DNA of 51,030 nucleotides, from contig CAXUFZ010000002.1 in NCBI GenBank assembly GCA_964250345.1, positions 1 to 51,030 of the forward strand, in the 5' to 3' direction. The DNA comes from an uncultured Rubrobacteraceae bacterium (GTDB lineage Bacteria; Actinomycetota; Rubrobacteria; Rubrobacterales; Rubrobacteraceae). Position numbers and translations under genes: made by a program. Positions 1-9,146 of the stretch are shown piece after piece. Each line of letters starts with the position of its first letter. Position 1 is the first letter of the stretch. The notes under the pieces are model-generated. The model had not been told where the DNA came from. It saw only the letters and a list, made by a program, of their open reading frames with translations, and ran no database searches.

Positions 1-148
1 GGGGGGGGGGGGGGGGGTCGGGGGGGGGGGGGGTGGCGGGGCGGGGGCACGAGCGCAGCGCGAGGGCCGCCACGCGCGCCAGCAGGACCGCGCCCGCCCG
101 CAGCGGCGGGCGCGTCGATGAACGGTCAGCGTTGCGCGTGCGGTACAC
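1..148 (-). CDS. 5' fragment of a probable secreted protein, running into the poly-G artefact at the window edge
   Basis: GTG at 148 with AGGAGG at 158-153; reads MYRTRNADRSSTRPPLRAGAVLLARVAALAL (signal-peptide-like); directly follows the 168..1316 gene. Confidence 0.4.
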   Translation of the reverse strand, partial: MYRTRNADRSSTRPPLRAGAVLLARVAALALRSCPRPATPPPPDPPPPP

Positions 149-167
149 GGCGCCTCCTTGCGTTGCC

Positions 168-1316
168 TTACAGGGCGAACCGGGCGAAGCCGGACTGGCC
201 GGTGCGGCCTATCCTCGTGAAGTCGCCCCCGATGTAGAGCCTGCCGGTGGCGGGGTCCACGGTGACCTCCCACACCCCTTCGTTGAGCCTCGGGGCCCAG
301 CTGCGGACGATCTTGCCGGACCGGGCGGAGAAGGCGGCCATCCTGTCGCGGGGCACCCCGGCGGCGCGGTAGAAGTGCCCGCCCACGAACACGCGCCCGC
401 CGGCGACGGCGATGGCCTGGGAGTCGCCGCGTGTCTCGCGGATCCAGTTCCTCTTGCCCTTCATGAGCCCGTAGGACGCCGCGACGCCCCAGGGACCGCC
501 CTGCGCGGCGAAGAGGCCCCTGTCCGAGACCGCGAAGTCGATCACGGGCCGGTCCGTCTTCGGCCGGAACGTGGTCGGGGCGCCGGAGGCCACGCCGACG
601 GCCGCGAGGTTGCGCTGCGGTTGGCCGCCGATGGAGGAGAACTTGCCCCCGACGTAGAGGCGCGAGCCCCGGATCTTGGTGTCGTAGACGACGCCGTCGG
701 TCCCGGCCCTCCAGCCGGCGACGACCTCGCCGGCCGGGTCGAGCGCGGCGAGGTCGTTCCTGGCCTCGCCGTTCAGCGAGACGAAGTTGCCGCCGACGAA
801 GAGCCTGTCGTTCAGCACGCTCAACGAGAAGACCTTGCCCCTCACCGCGGCGTCCCACGAGGCATCGTCCCTGCCCGTGACGGCGTCTATCGCCGCGATC
901 CCGGCGTGATCCGCCCCGTCCACCCGCGTGAACGCGCCGCCGGCGTAGATGCGGCTGCCGTCGGACGACGCCGCGAGCGCGTGCACCGGGGCGGACGCGC
1001 CGGGGCTCCATTCCTTGAGGGCGCCGGTGTTCGCGTCGATGGCCGCGAGTCTGGTGCGGCGCTCGCCGTCGACGTTCTGGAAGTTGCCGCCGAGGTAGAT
1101 CGTATCCCCCGAACGCAGGATGGCGTAGACGCGCCCGTCGGTCCGCACGCTGGGATCCGGCAGGTTGCGGAGGGCGGCCTGGGCCGGCGCCTGCGAGGCG
1201 AAACCGGCCACAACACAGAGGACCAGGACCAGAAGCGTCCGCCGGAGCCGGGACGGTCCGCGGGGGATCGGATGTGTGGCGTGATCCCGGAGGGTCTGAA
1301 TAAAAGACGTCGTCAC
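168..1316 (-). CDS. Secreted beta-propeller repeat protein
   Basis: Signal peptide (RRTLLVLVLCVVAGFASQAPAQA); about 7 repeats of the type V-x-AL..RLYVGGxF..V.G..R..LAA.D..TG. Confidence 0.8.
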   Translation of the reverse strand: MTTSFIQTLRDHATHPIPRGPSRLRRTLLVLVLCVVAGFASQAPAQAALRNLPDPSVRTDGRVYAILRSGDTIYLGGNFQNVDGERRTRLAAIDANTGALKEWSPGASAPVHALAASSDGSRIYAGGAFTRVDGADHAGIAAIDAVTGRDDASWDAAVRGKVFSLSVLNDRLFVGGNFVSLNGEARNDLAALDPAGEVVAGWRAGTDGVVYDTKIRGSRLYVGGKFSSIGGQPQRNLAAVGVASGAPTTFRPKTDRPVIDFAVSDRGLFAAQGGPWGVAASYGLMKGKRNWIRETRGDSQAIAVAGGRVFVGGHFYRAAGVPRDRMAAFSARSGKIVRSWAPRLNEGVWEVTVDPATGRLYIGGDFTRIGRTGQSGFARFAL

Positions 1317-1378
1317 CGCGGTCTCCTTTGCGTCGGCGGCTCTCTACGTCCCTATCCTCGCACCGTGTGAACCGGGTT

Positions 1379-1400
1379 ACGTCCGCCACCCGGCACATTT
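1379..1400 (-). promoter_or_regulatory. Conserved EPS-locus palindromic motif, copy 1
   Basis: AAATGTGCCGGGTGGCGGACGT; -10-like GAGGAT 19 nt downstream (1359-1354). Confidence 0.65.
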
Positions 1401-3030
1401 ACCAGGGCATCGCCTCCAGGACGCGCCCGATCACGCCGGCCACCACGGCCACGAACCCGTCCGACCTTGCGGGGGCCGGACGGTTGTTCTCGGGGGACGC
1501 CGGTAGCCCGTTCTCCTGCAGGAGGACATCCTTCTCCACGTCCGTGAGGTAGCGTCCGCCCTTCTCGGCCGGGGTGTTGTTGTATTGGGAGAGCGTCTCC
1601 AGCCTGTTGGCCCACTTGAAGCGGTACGCCCGGCCCTCGGCGCCGTCGTACCAGTAGGCGCCGCCCGCCCCGGTGTTGGCGGAGGAGGGGGCGTAGATGC
1701 TGGGCGCGCCGGCGGAGATGGCGCCCGGGCTCTCGTTCCAGAAGACCGCCGCGCGGTACCCGGAGCCGGTCGTCTCGTCCACGATCACGCGGTTGTTCCC
1801 CACGACGACCCCCGTGGTCGCGTCGTAGGACCGTTCGTCGGCGTCCCGGCGGTTCTGCTGGACGACGCCGATGCCGGAGGAGTTCCAGGCCAGGACGTTG
1901 CCGTCCACGGCGCCGTTGCGCGAGCCGGCGACGACGATGCCGGCGCCGCTGTAGGAGTCCCCAGCACCCCAGCCGTTCTCCCAGAGCACGTTGTTGGTGA
2001 CGGCGAAGTTCTTCGTGATCTCGACCCGGATGCCCTGGCTCGGGTGGTGGTGGACCCTGTTGTTCGAGACCTCGACGGAGGTCTGGCGGGCGTTGACCAC
2101 GTCGGTCCAGATGCCGATGTCCCCGTTGTGGTGGACCTCGTTGCCGGAGACGTTGGCGGTCTTGGCCTGGGCGATCTTCATGCCGCCGGCCTCCCAGCCG
2201 GGGTCGAAGCCCTCGGTGTTGTTCTCGTAGACGCGGTTGGAGAGGATCTGGACGCGCGCGTCGTTGCTGCCGATGCCGAGCTGCCCGGCGTGGTGGATGT
2301 CGTTGTCCTCGGCCACCAGCGCGTCCCCGAGCGTGAACGCCAGGTTCCTGCCGTGGGCGTACGAGAGGTCGTTGCCCCGCACCGTCCACCCGGAATACCC
2401 GCCGTTCCAGAGCCCGTCGAACCCGGCGTGCCGCATCTCGACGTTCCGCACGGTGACGCCGTTCGACGCCCCGTAGACCCACCGATCCCTGACGGTGACC
2501 TCGACGGTCCGGCCCGTCGGATCCTCGCCGAGCACCACGCGCCGCCCCGCCGCGAGCGCGAACTGGCCCGCCCCCGGGCCGGAGGAGACCTGCGCGAGCT
2601 GCCTCCCGTTCACGAAGACCTGCTCGGGCCGCTCGCAGCGCCGGCTCGCGCCCACGCACCTGTAGCGGTCGGGCGACTCCAGCGCCGGCACGCTCCTCGC
2701 GCTGGTCCAGCCGGCGCCGCCCTTCGTCCACCGCTTCCACACGTCGGAGCCGCGGACGGCGCCACCCCCCGCGCCGTCGAGCGTGAGGGGCTTGCCCACC
2801 TTGACCGTCTCGCGGTACACGCAGCCGTCCGTCAGCTCGACCGTCGAGCCCGGGGCCGCCGCGTTGACCTTCGCCTGCAGGGACTCCTGGCAGGTGGGTG
2901 GAATCTCCGTGGTCTGGGCCGAGGCCGTACCCGCGTTCGGCAAGAGCGCGGCCAACGGCAGGACCAGGCACGCCGCCAGCAGCAGACGCGCGGTCGCGGG
3001 AGATCTCTTGCCACGTCGAATCTTTTTCAT
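1399..3030 (-). CDS. Secreted right-handed parallel beta-helix (pectin-lyase-fold) protein
   Basis: Signal peptide; SLQAKVNAAAPGSTVELTDGCVYRE cap; repeated V.GN.VHHNG..GI Asn-ladder repeats; GGAGGGG RBS. Confidence 0.85.
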   Translation of the reverse strand: MKKIRRGKRSPATARLLLAACLVLPLAALLPNAGTASAQTTEIPPTCQESLQAKVNAAAPGSTVELTDGCVYRETVKVGKPLTLDGAGGGAVRGSDVWKRWTKGGAGWTSARSVPALESPDRYRCVGASRRCERPEQVFVNGRQLAQVSSGPGAGQFALAAGRRVVLGEDPTGRTVEVTVRDRWVYGASNGVTVRNVEMRHAGFDGLWNGGYSGWTVRGNDLSYAHGRNLAFTLGDALVAEDNDIHHAGQLGIGSNDARVQILSNRVYENNTEGFDPGWEAGGMKIAQAKTANVSGNEVHHNGDIGIWTDVVNARQTSVEVSNNRVHHHPSQGIRVEITKNFAVTNNVLWENGWGAGDSYSGAGIVVAGSRNGAVDGNVLAWNSSGIGVVQQNRRDADERSYDATTGVVVGNNRVIVDETTGSGYRAAVFWNESPGAISAGAPSIYAPSSANTGAGGAYWYDGAEGRAYRFKWANRLETLSQYNNTPAEKGGRYLTDVEKDVLLQENGLPASPENNRPAPARSDGFVAVVAGVIGRVLEAMPW

Positions 3031-3058
3031 ATCCCCTCCGGTCTTTCTAGATCTCTGT

Positions 3059-3829
3059 TTACCAGTAGGCGCCGCGGCGGAGCCTCCGGGCGGCGCGCAG
3101 GCCCCTCGCCAGGGCCCGTTTCGAGCGGCGGGTCAGGGGACTTTCGTCGGGGAGGTAGCGGGCGCGGATGCGGTCGTCCTCGACGTTGCTCTCGGCGCGC
3201 ATCTTGCTGTTCTTCTGCTCCGGGTAGCGGCGCATTTGGGACCAGGGGCGGGGGACGTGGTGGATCCCGGCGTGCTCGGCGAAGCGGGCCCAGAGGTCGG
3301 CGTCCATCGCCAGGTCGAAGGCGGGGTCGAGGCCGCCGACCCTCTCGTAGAGGCCGCTCCTCCAGAAGGTCGAGGGCTGGGGCAGGTAGTTGTAGGTGTA
3401 CATAAAGAGGAAGCGGTCGAAGTCGATCTCCTTCTGCCACCGGATGGGCCGGCCCTCGGCGTCGATCCACCTCGCGTCCCCGTAGACGACCTGCCAATCG
3501 GGGTTGTCCACGAACGTCTGGGCCACCTCGAAGAGGGAGCCCGGCTCCAGGAGGTCGTCCGAGCACAGCCAGCCCATGATCCCGCCGGTCGCCAGCCCGA
3601 AGCCCCGCGCCAGCGCCTCCGTCTGCCCCCCGTCGGGCTCGCTCACCCAGTACGCCAGCCGGTCCGAGTAGCGCTCCAGGACCTCCCGGCTCCCGTCCGT
3701 CGAGCCCCCGTCCATGACGATGTACTCCAAATTCGGGTAGCCCTGGTCCAGCACGCTCTTCATCGTCGTCTCCAGGTAACCGGCCTGGTTGAACGACGGC
3801 GTCACCACGGATATCTTCGGGTAGTCCAC
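3059..3829 (-). CDS. Glycosyltransferase family 2
   Basis: PKISVVTPSFNQ..LETTMKSVLDQGY, DGGSTDGS, WLCSDD motifs; start reassigned to GTG 3829 with GGAGGAG RBS. Confidence 0.9.
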   Translation of the reverse strand: MDYPKISVVTPSFNQAGYLETTMKSVLDQGYPNLEYIVMDGGSTDGSREVLERYSDRLAYWVSEPDGGQTEALARGFGLATGGIMGWLCSDDLLEPGSLFEVAQTFVDNPDWQVVYGDARWIDAEGRPIRWQKEIDFDRFLFMYTYNYLPQPSTFWRSGLYERVGGLDPAFDLAMDADLWARFAEHAGIHHVPRPWSQMRRYPEQKNSKMRAESNVEDDRIRARYLPDESPLTRRSKRALARGLRAARRLRRGAYW

Positions 3830-3831
3830 CG

Positions 3832-5394
3832 CTATCTCCTCCCCCAAACCACGCCCCGTCGCGGGCGGTGTACGATCGTGCCGCGCAGCGCCCCGCCCGG
3901 GAAAGCCGGGCGTCCCACGCTCTCTGTCTTCTCCGGCGGCCGATTCTCCTCGAAGCTCGGCGCGACGGACATGATGCCGAGGGCGACGAAGGCAGCCAGG
4001 AACGGGAACTCCATGTACTCCTGCATCAGGGAGTCGGTCAGGTTGAGCAGCAGGTAGAACGTCAGGAACAGGAAGGCCAGCCACCCGAGCGGCCGGCCGC
4101 GGCGGGCCGTTTTGAGGGCGACGAAGATCGCCGCCGTCCAGAAGGCCAGGAAGAGGGTCAGGCCTATCGCGCCGGTGTTGAGCAGCTCTTCGAGGAAGCC
4201 GTTGTGCGCGGAGACGACGGGGAAGCCGACCAGTTGCTCCATGTAGGCGAGGCGGTCCGGGTGCCAGAAGGCCGCGAAGCCCACGCCGGTCAGGGGGCGC
4301 TCCATCTGCGGGATCAGGACCTCCCACAAAGGCACGCGGCCCGTGAGGGAGAGCGAGAGCTCGGCGTCGTCGCGGGTGAGGAAGGGCGCCACGGTGCCCA
4401 GCAGGCCGCCGAGGTACGCGACGCACAGGCCGGCTACCGCCAGGGCCGCCAGCCCGGCCTGGAACACCCTCTCCCGCAGCCGGACGCCGTAGATCAGGTA
4501 GACCAGCCCCAGCGCCAGCAGCGCGAACAGCAGCGGCCCCCGCGTCTTCAGCAAGAGGACGGGGAGCGCCAGAAGCAGGAGGAGCGTCCAGTCGCGTCCC
4601 CTCCACCGCCGCATCCCCGCGAAGGACGCCACGACGAGGGCCATCCCGGCGATGAGGACGGGGCGCGCGACGTAGGTTGTGAACCCGCCGGAGATCTCCA
4701 CCCGCTCGCCGGGGTCCAGGATGTTGAACTGGTCCAGGTGCAGCGGCAGCGGCAACAGGATCACGAGCGCCGAGACGACCCCGGCAACCGTAACGTGCCG
4801 GAGAAACAACCTCCCGCCGTCCCCCCGCCCGCCGTAGAACCCCGCGCCGAGCCCGAAGCTGCCGAGCGTCACGAGCGAGAAGGCCACCAGGTTCCTAACG
4901 GTCAGCGTCGGGTAGACGCTCCAGAACAGCGTGGCGTAGCCCCACAACATGTAGACCCCCCACAAACCCATCAGCCGGCGGTACGCCGGGCCCACACGTC
5001 CCACCGCCGGCACCAAAAACAGCATCCCGACCAGGCCGAAAGCCGCGACCAGCAACTGGTTCTGCAGCGACCCCGACGCCGCCCCTACCCCGACCTCCCT
5101 GGGCGAATAGGCGGCGAGCGGCGCCACCATCGCCACCCACCACAGCAGCAAGAACGCCGACACAGCCCTGTCCACGGTGGTGCCTCGACGCCTCACGACG
5201 GCCACCTCCGCCGCGACGACGCCGGGAGCGCGCGGGGAACGTTCGCTCCTCGTAAGCAGCCAGAGGCCGACGCCGAAGACGAGCGCCACCGCGACGAACG
5301 TCGGGGCCGGCGCGTAGGCCACGCCCGCCCCGCCCAGGCACGCCAGGGCGGCGAGCGCGACGACCGACGCCATCTTCGAGGGCAAAAAACTCAT
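3832..5394 (-). CDS. O-antigen ligase / Wzy-type polysaccharide polymerase family membrane protein
   Basis: About 12 hydrophobic segments; LTGRVPLW, PLTGVG, SAHNGFLEELLNTGAIG motifs; start ATG 5394 uncertain. Confidence 0.85.
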   Translation of the reverse strand: MSFLPSKMASVVALAALACLGGAGVAYAPAPTFVAVALVFGVGLWLLTRSERSPRAPGVVAAEVAVVRRRGTTVDRAVSAFLLLWWVAMVAPLAAYSPREVGVGAASGSLQNQLLVAAFGLVGMLFLVPAVGRVGPAYRRLMGLWGVYMLWGYATLFWSVYPTLTVRNLVAFSLVTLGSFGLGAGFYGGRGDGGRLFLRHVTVAGVVSALVILLPLPLHLDQFNILDPGERVEISGGFTTYVARPVLIAGMALVVASFAGMRRWRGRDWTLLLLLALPVLLLKTRGPLLFALLALGLVYLIYGVRLRERVFQAGLAALAVAGLCVAYLGGLLGTVAPFLTRDDAELSLSLTGRVPLWEVLIPQMERPLTGVGFAAFWHPDRLAYMEQLVGFPVVSAHNGFLEELLNTGAIGLTLFLAFWTAAIFVALKTARRGRPLGWLAFLFLTFYLLLNLTDSLMQEYMEFPFLAAFVALGIMSVAPSFEENRPPEKTESVGRPAFPGGALRGTIVHRPRRGVVWGRR

Positions 5395-5488
5395 CGACGC
5401 GCGTCGACGGAACACGAACTCGGTTCTCCCGCTCTGGTCACGAGGGTCTCCATACAAGGTCAGATGATGGCGCGGGCGCGACCCGCCC

Positions 5489-5510
5489 GCATCCGCCAGA
5501 CGGCACATTA
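5489..5510 (-). promoter_or_regulatory. Conserved EPS-locus palindromic motif, copy 2
   Basis: TAATGTGCCGTCTGGCGGATGC; CATCAT 19 nt downstream (5469-5464). Confidence 0.7.
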
Positions 5511-5516
5511 ATCCGC

Positions 5517-5555
5517 GGGCGGGCCGGAACCCGGTGCCGGGCCTTCGGCCTGCCC
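5517..5555 (-). terminator. GC-rich hairpin after the sulfotransferase operon
   Basis: GGGCGGGCCGGA...TTCGGCCTGCCC imperfect inverted repeat right after the stop at 5557; no clear U-tract. Confidence 0.35.
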
Positions 5556-5556
5556 C

Positions 5557-6348
5557 CTAGCCTCGCCGTCTCCGGGGAACGCCGCCGGTCAGGGCGGCGG
5601 ACCTGTCTTTCGCGGACGTTTCGGAGAGTCTGCCGTGGGCGGCCCGGGCCCGCTCGACGAGAGGACCCAGGTCGAGGGATTCCACCTCCTTCTTGAGCGC
5701 GGCCTTCAGGTTGGCCTTGGAGGCGGAGGGGCGCGCGATCTGCTCCTCGACCAGCACGCTGCCGCGCCTGGCCCTGTGCGACGCCTCGATGCTGGCGAAG
5801 ACCTTCTCCACGTTCTTCTCATCGTGCCCGAAGACGCCGAACGAGGTACCGAACCTCCCGTTGACCCGTTCTATGACCGGGCCGTAGTCCCGCGTCACCT
5901 CCTCGAAGGCGCCGAGCACGAAGTGGTCGCGGTAGCCGGCGACGGCCTCGTAGAAGGAGACGTAGTAGCGGAGTGCGCCCTCCGCCGTGTAGCGCGGGTC
6001 GCGCAGCATCAGGGAGAGGGCGGCGTCCACGGGGTCCCGGAGGAGGACCAGGGCGGGGACGCCGAGCCGGGCGGCGCGCACGATCTGGGCCGGCGCGTGC
6101 ATGTGGTGGGCTATGCGGACCTCGCGCTCCTGGGCCTCCCTGAAGGCGAAGACGGCGAACGTGTTCCCGGACCGGGGAAACCCCTCCACGACGAGGTCCG
6201 TCTTGCGGTCCACGAGCAGGTCCCCGTACCCCTGCCGCGCGCCGTAGACGCCGAAGAAGAGGCGGGGATGCCTGCCCACGTAGACCCGCGCGCGCTCCTT
6301 CGCGGCGCCGATCACGCCCGGTCCGGTTTCCTTTCTACTTGTGGACAT
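5557..6348 (-). CDS. Sulfotransferase-like P-loop protein
   Basis: VEGFPRSGNTF (5'-PSB-like loop) and LLRDPVDAALS (3'-PB-like motif). Confidence 0.7.
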   Translation of the reverse strand: MSTSRKETGPGVIGAAKERARVYVGRHPRLFFGVYGARQGYGDLLVDRKTDLVVEGFPRSGNTFAVFAFREAQEREVRIAHHMHAPAQIVRAARLGVPALVLLRDPVDAALSLMLRDPRYTAEGALRYYVSFYEAVAGYRDHFVLGAFEEVTRDYGPVIERVNGRFGTSFGVFGHDEKNVEKVFASIEASHRARRGSVLVEEQIARPSASKANLKAALKKEVESLDLGPLVERARAAHGRLSETSAKDRSAALTGGVPRRRRG

Positions 6349-7309
6349 GCACGCGCCTCCAATCGGGCAACATGCCGAGCTTGCGGCGCAGGATCTTGGG
6401 CTCCCCGGCGGCGTAGGCGAGGCCGTAGCAGGCCCGGCCCGCGTCGGAGAGGAACCCCCGCCCCCGGATGGCGTCGAGCTCCGACATCAGATCCTCGAGG
6501 TCGTAGCCCATCGTCTTGAGGCGGTCGCGGCCGATCCAACGCAGGTAGCGCCGGCACCAGGCCTTCCTCAAGGGGCCCGCGAGCGTCGTCTTCCAGCGCT
6601 CCAGGGGCTCCCGGCTCACAGCGGCGTACCGTCGCGTCCCCGTGGGATCGCCCTTCCTACCGTTCAACGACACGCCGGAGAAGGATGAGAGGACCGAGGG
6701 GTCAAAGCCCAGATCGAGGTGACGAAAGACCCGCTCCCAGCTCGCCTCCGGCCCCGTCACGAGGTCCTCGAACCGGACCGCGAGGGCGTTCGAGGCGTTG
6801 TCCTCGTAGGCGTTTACGAGGTTTTCGAGGCCATCGTAGAGGTCGATCTTGTGCCGGTACAGGTTCCACCGGCCCCCGCCCCACGTCTCGATCACGGAGG
6901 CGGCGACGGCCAGGGGGTTGCGCCACAGGAACAGGTGCCCGGCGTCGGGGAAGGCGGAGATGACGTCGGGGGCGATGAGGTGGTAGCGCGGCGTCTTGTC
7001 CAAAAAGTATCGGGCGCCGTCCGGACTTGCCTTCTCGTACAGCCCCTCGGCCAGACCGCGGACCGCGGCGAGGTAGTCCTGCTTGCCGTTGGGCAGCGTT
7101 CCGCAGAAATCCTCTAGAGCCGTGACGGCCGAGGTGTGGTTGTACTCGGCGTAGAGGCCGCGATCCCGCAGCGCGTAGAAGAAGGGGAGCAGGAGCCAGG
7201 GCTCTGAGGCGGTCGCCACCGCGTCGTGCGCCGCCAGCACGCGCTGGGCCAGCGTCGAGCCCGACCGCGGCAGCGAGAACAGGAAGAGCGGTCGCGGCCC
7301 GTTGCTCAA
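6335..7309 (-). CDS. Sulfotransferase family protein
   Basis: FLFSLPRSGSTLAQRVL, FLDKTP, WRNPLAVAAS, VRFEDLV; TTG start overlaps upstream TGA (TTGA coupling). Confidence 0.88.
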   Translation of the reverse strand: MSNGPRPLFLFSLPRSGSTLAQRVLAAHDAVATASEPWLLLPFFYALRDRGLYAEYNHTSAVTALEDFCGTLPNGKQDYLAAVRGLAEGLYEKASPDGARYFLDKTPRYHLIAPDVISAFPDAGHLFLWRNPLAVAASVIETWGGGRWNLYRHKIDLYDGLENLVNAYEDNASNALAVRFEDLVTGPEASWERVFRHLDLGFDPSVLSSFSGVSLNGRKGDPTGTRRYAAVSREPLERWKTTLAGPLRKAWCRRYLRWIGRDRLKTMGYDLEDLMSELDAIRGRGFLSDAGRACYGLAYAAGEPKILRRKLGMLPDWRRVHVHK

Positions 7310-8178
7310 GAGTCCCCAAGCTCGTAGCCGAGCTCGACCAGGAGCGGCCCGACGACCTCGTTTACGGCCTTCACGTGCTCCTCCGAGAACTCGTCCCGCC
7401 AGCCGCCCGCGCGCCCCTTGCGGAACGTGCTCCCCGAACCGAAGAGGTTCTCCCGCACCCGGAGGAACTCGTCGTCCTCCCTCTCGATGCCGAGGTATGC
7501 CGCGACCTCCCTGACGGCCCTGAGCTGCGCCCGTTCGTCGCCCCCCCCTTTGGGACCGACGAGGTCCTCGAACCGCACCACGCAGGCGCCGCCGCGCTCG
7601 CCCCAGGCGAGGAACCCGCGGTAGCGCTCGTCCAGGGACCGTAAGCGGTGTTCGCCCAGCTCGCCGCCGCGGATGGAGAGCATCAGCCGCTCGCCGTCGT
7701 CCGGCAGCGCCAGGTACGCCCGGTGGGCGAAGTGGTCCGTCCGCCCCTTCAGGTGGTGCATGTGGGAGACGGCCACGTCCCTCGGGTCGCGCACGATGCA
7801 GACGGTCTTCATCCCCTGCTCCCCGAGCAGCGCGTCGAACTGCGGGCTGTAGGCGCAGTGGGCGCTCACCGCCGAGCCCTCCGGGACCCGGCCCAGGCGC
7901 GCCTCCAGCCACCGGCGGTTGACCGGCGCCGGGAAGTCTATGCCGACGGGCACCGTCTCCGCGCCGCGTTCCGTGAAGAGCTTGCGCGTGAGGGCGAGCC
8001 GGTCGAGGCCCACGTTCCTCCGCACGCCCTTGCGGTGGTGCTCGTAACCGAGCAGCGTGAGCAGGCGCAGGAGCAGGTGTGTCCCGCTCTTGGGGATCGA
8101 GTTCGCCACCACCCGGCCCCGCGCGGCCCGCTTGGCGGGAGACTCCCCCGTCGCGGGGCTCGCGCCGCGGACTACCAT
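7306..8178 (-). CDS. Sulfotransferase domain protein (paralog of 8172..9146)
   Basis: NSIPKSGTHLL, VRDPRDVAVS, VRFEDL, TFRKGRAGGWRDEFS (RKGxxGxW PAPS motif); start ATG 8178. Confidence 0.9.
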   Translation of the reverse strand: MVVRGASPATGESPAKRAARGRVVANSIPKSGTHLLLRLLTLLGYEHHRKGVRRNVGLDRLALTRKLFTERGAETVPVGIDFPAPVNRRWLEARLGRVPEGSAVSAHCAYSPQFDALLGEQGMKTVCIVRDPRDVAVSHMHHLKGRTDHFAHRAYLALPDDGERLMLSIRGGELGEHRLRSLDERYRGFLAWGERGGACVVRFEDLVGPKGGGDERAQLRAVREVAAYLGIEREDDEFLRVRENLFGSGSTFRKGRAGGWRDEFSEEHVKAVNEVVGPLLVELGYELGDS

Positions 8179-9146
8179 CCTTCGTCCTCTTCGTAGCCGA
8201 GCCGGACGAGAACGTCCTGCGCCTGCTCCTTGACGGCCTCTTTGTGCTCGGCGGAGAACTCGTCGCGCCACCCTCCCGAGCGGCCCTTTCGGAACGTCCG
8301 GCCCGACCCGAAGAGGCCGGCCCGTATCTCCCGCAGCCGACCCTCCCCAACCTCGAGCCCGAGGTGGGAGACGGTCCTCGCCACCGCCTCGCGCTGGGCC
8401 TCCTCGCCGCCGCCGCCCGCGGGGCCGACGAGGTCCTCGAACCTGACGAGCAACGCCCCGCCCCGGCGCTCCCAGTCCAGAAAGTTGCCGTAGCGCTCCC
8501 CCATCGGGAGGATGCGGTGCCCGCCGAGCACGCCGCCCCGGATCGAGAACATCAGCCGCTCGCGGTCGTTGGGGAGGGCCAGGTACGCCTTGTAGGCCGG
8601 GTGACGGGGCAGCTTCTTGAGGTAGTGCATGTGGGAGACGGCGGTGTCGCGCGGGTCGCGCGCGATGCACACCACCTTCAGGCCCTGGGAGCGGACGATG
8701 CCCCCGAAGCCCTCGCTGTAGGAGCAGTGGGCGCTCACGACCGAGCGGTCGGGGACTTTCTCGAAGCGGTTCTCCAGCCAGCGGCGTCCGATCTCCCCGG
8801 GCGACTCGACGCCGAGGGTCACCTTCTCGGGCCCGCGGTCCCTGATGAGGCGCCGCAGCCAGGGTATCCGTCCGTCCGTCACCAGGTGCGGCCCGACGCC
8901 GAGGAACCGGCCCGGCTCCCTGGCGCCGGCGGCCTTCCGCAGCAGCCGCTCGTGGCGGGGGCCACCGTCGTCGCGGACCGGGGTGGGCCCGAAGCCGCCG
9001 AAGTCCACGATCCCGTACCCCAGCTCGGTCAGCAGGCGCAGGAGCAGGTGCGTGCCGCTCTTGGGGATCGAGTTGGCGAGCACCCGTCCCCGCGCGGCGA
9101 CCGCGGTCCTCTCGGGCGTGGGGGTATGCATGACGGTCCTCCTCAT
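8172..9146 (-). CDS. Sulfotransferase domain protein
   Basis: NSIPKSGTHLL, ARDPRDTAVS, TFRKGRSGGWRDEFS. Confidence 0.9.
   Translation of the reverse strand: MRRTVMHTPTPERTAVAARGRVLANSIPKSGTHLLLRLLTELGYGIVDFGGFGPTPVRDDGGPRHERLLRKAAGAREPGRFLGVGPHLVTDGRIPWLRRLIRDRGPEKVTLGVESPGEIGRRWLENRFEKVPDRSVVSAHCSYSEGFGGIVRSQGLKVVCIARDPRDTAVSHMHYLKKLPRHPAYKAYLALPNDRERLMFSIRGGVLGGHRILPMGERYGNFLDWERRGGALLVRFEDLVGPAGGGGEEAQREAVARTVSHLGLEVGEGRLREIRAGLFGSGRTFRKGRSGGWRDEFSAEHKEAVKEQAQDVLVRLGYEEDEGW

Noticed and set aside
1-47. Poly-G tract as a G-quadruplex or phase-variable repeat
   Set aside because: It is at the contig edge and decays into G-rich noise, typical of two-colour Illumina no-signal artefacts
6335-8670. 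Long N-terminal extensions of the ORF-track sulfotransferases (also GT2, CpsD and Jag) suggesting fusions or frameshifting
   Set aside because: The extensions are Arg/Pro/Gly-rich off-frame readings of the upstream gene; internal starts with RBS or stop/start overlaps explain the real genes
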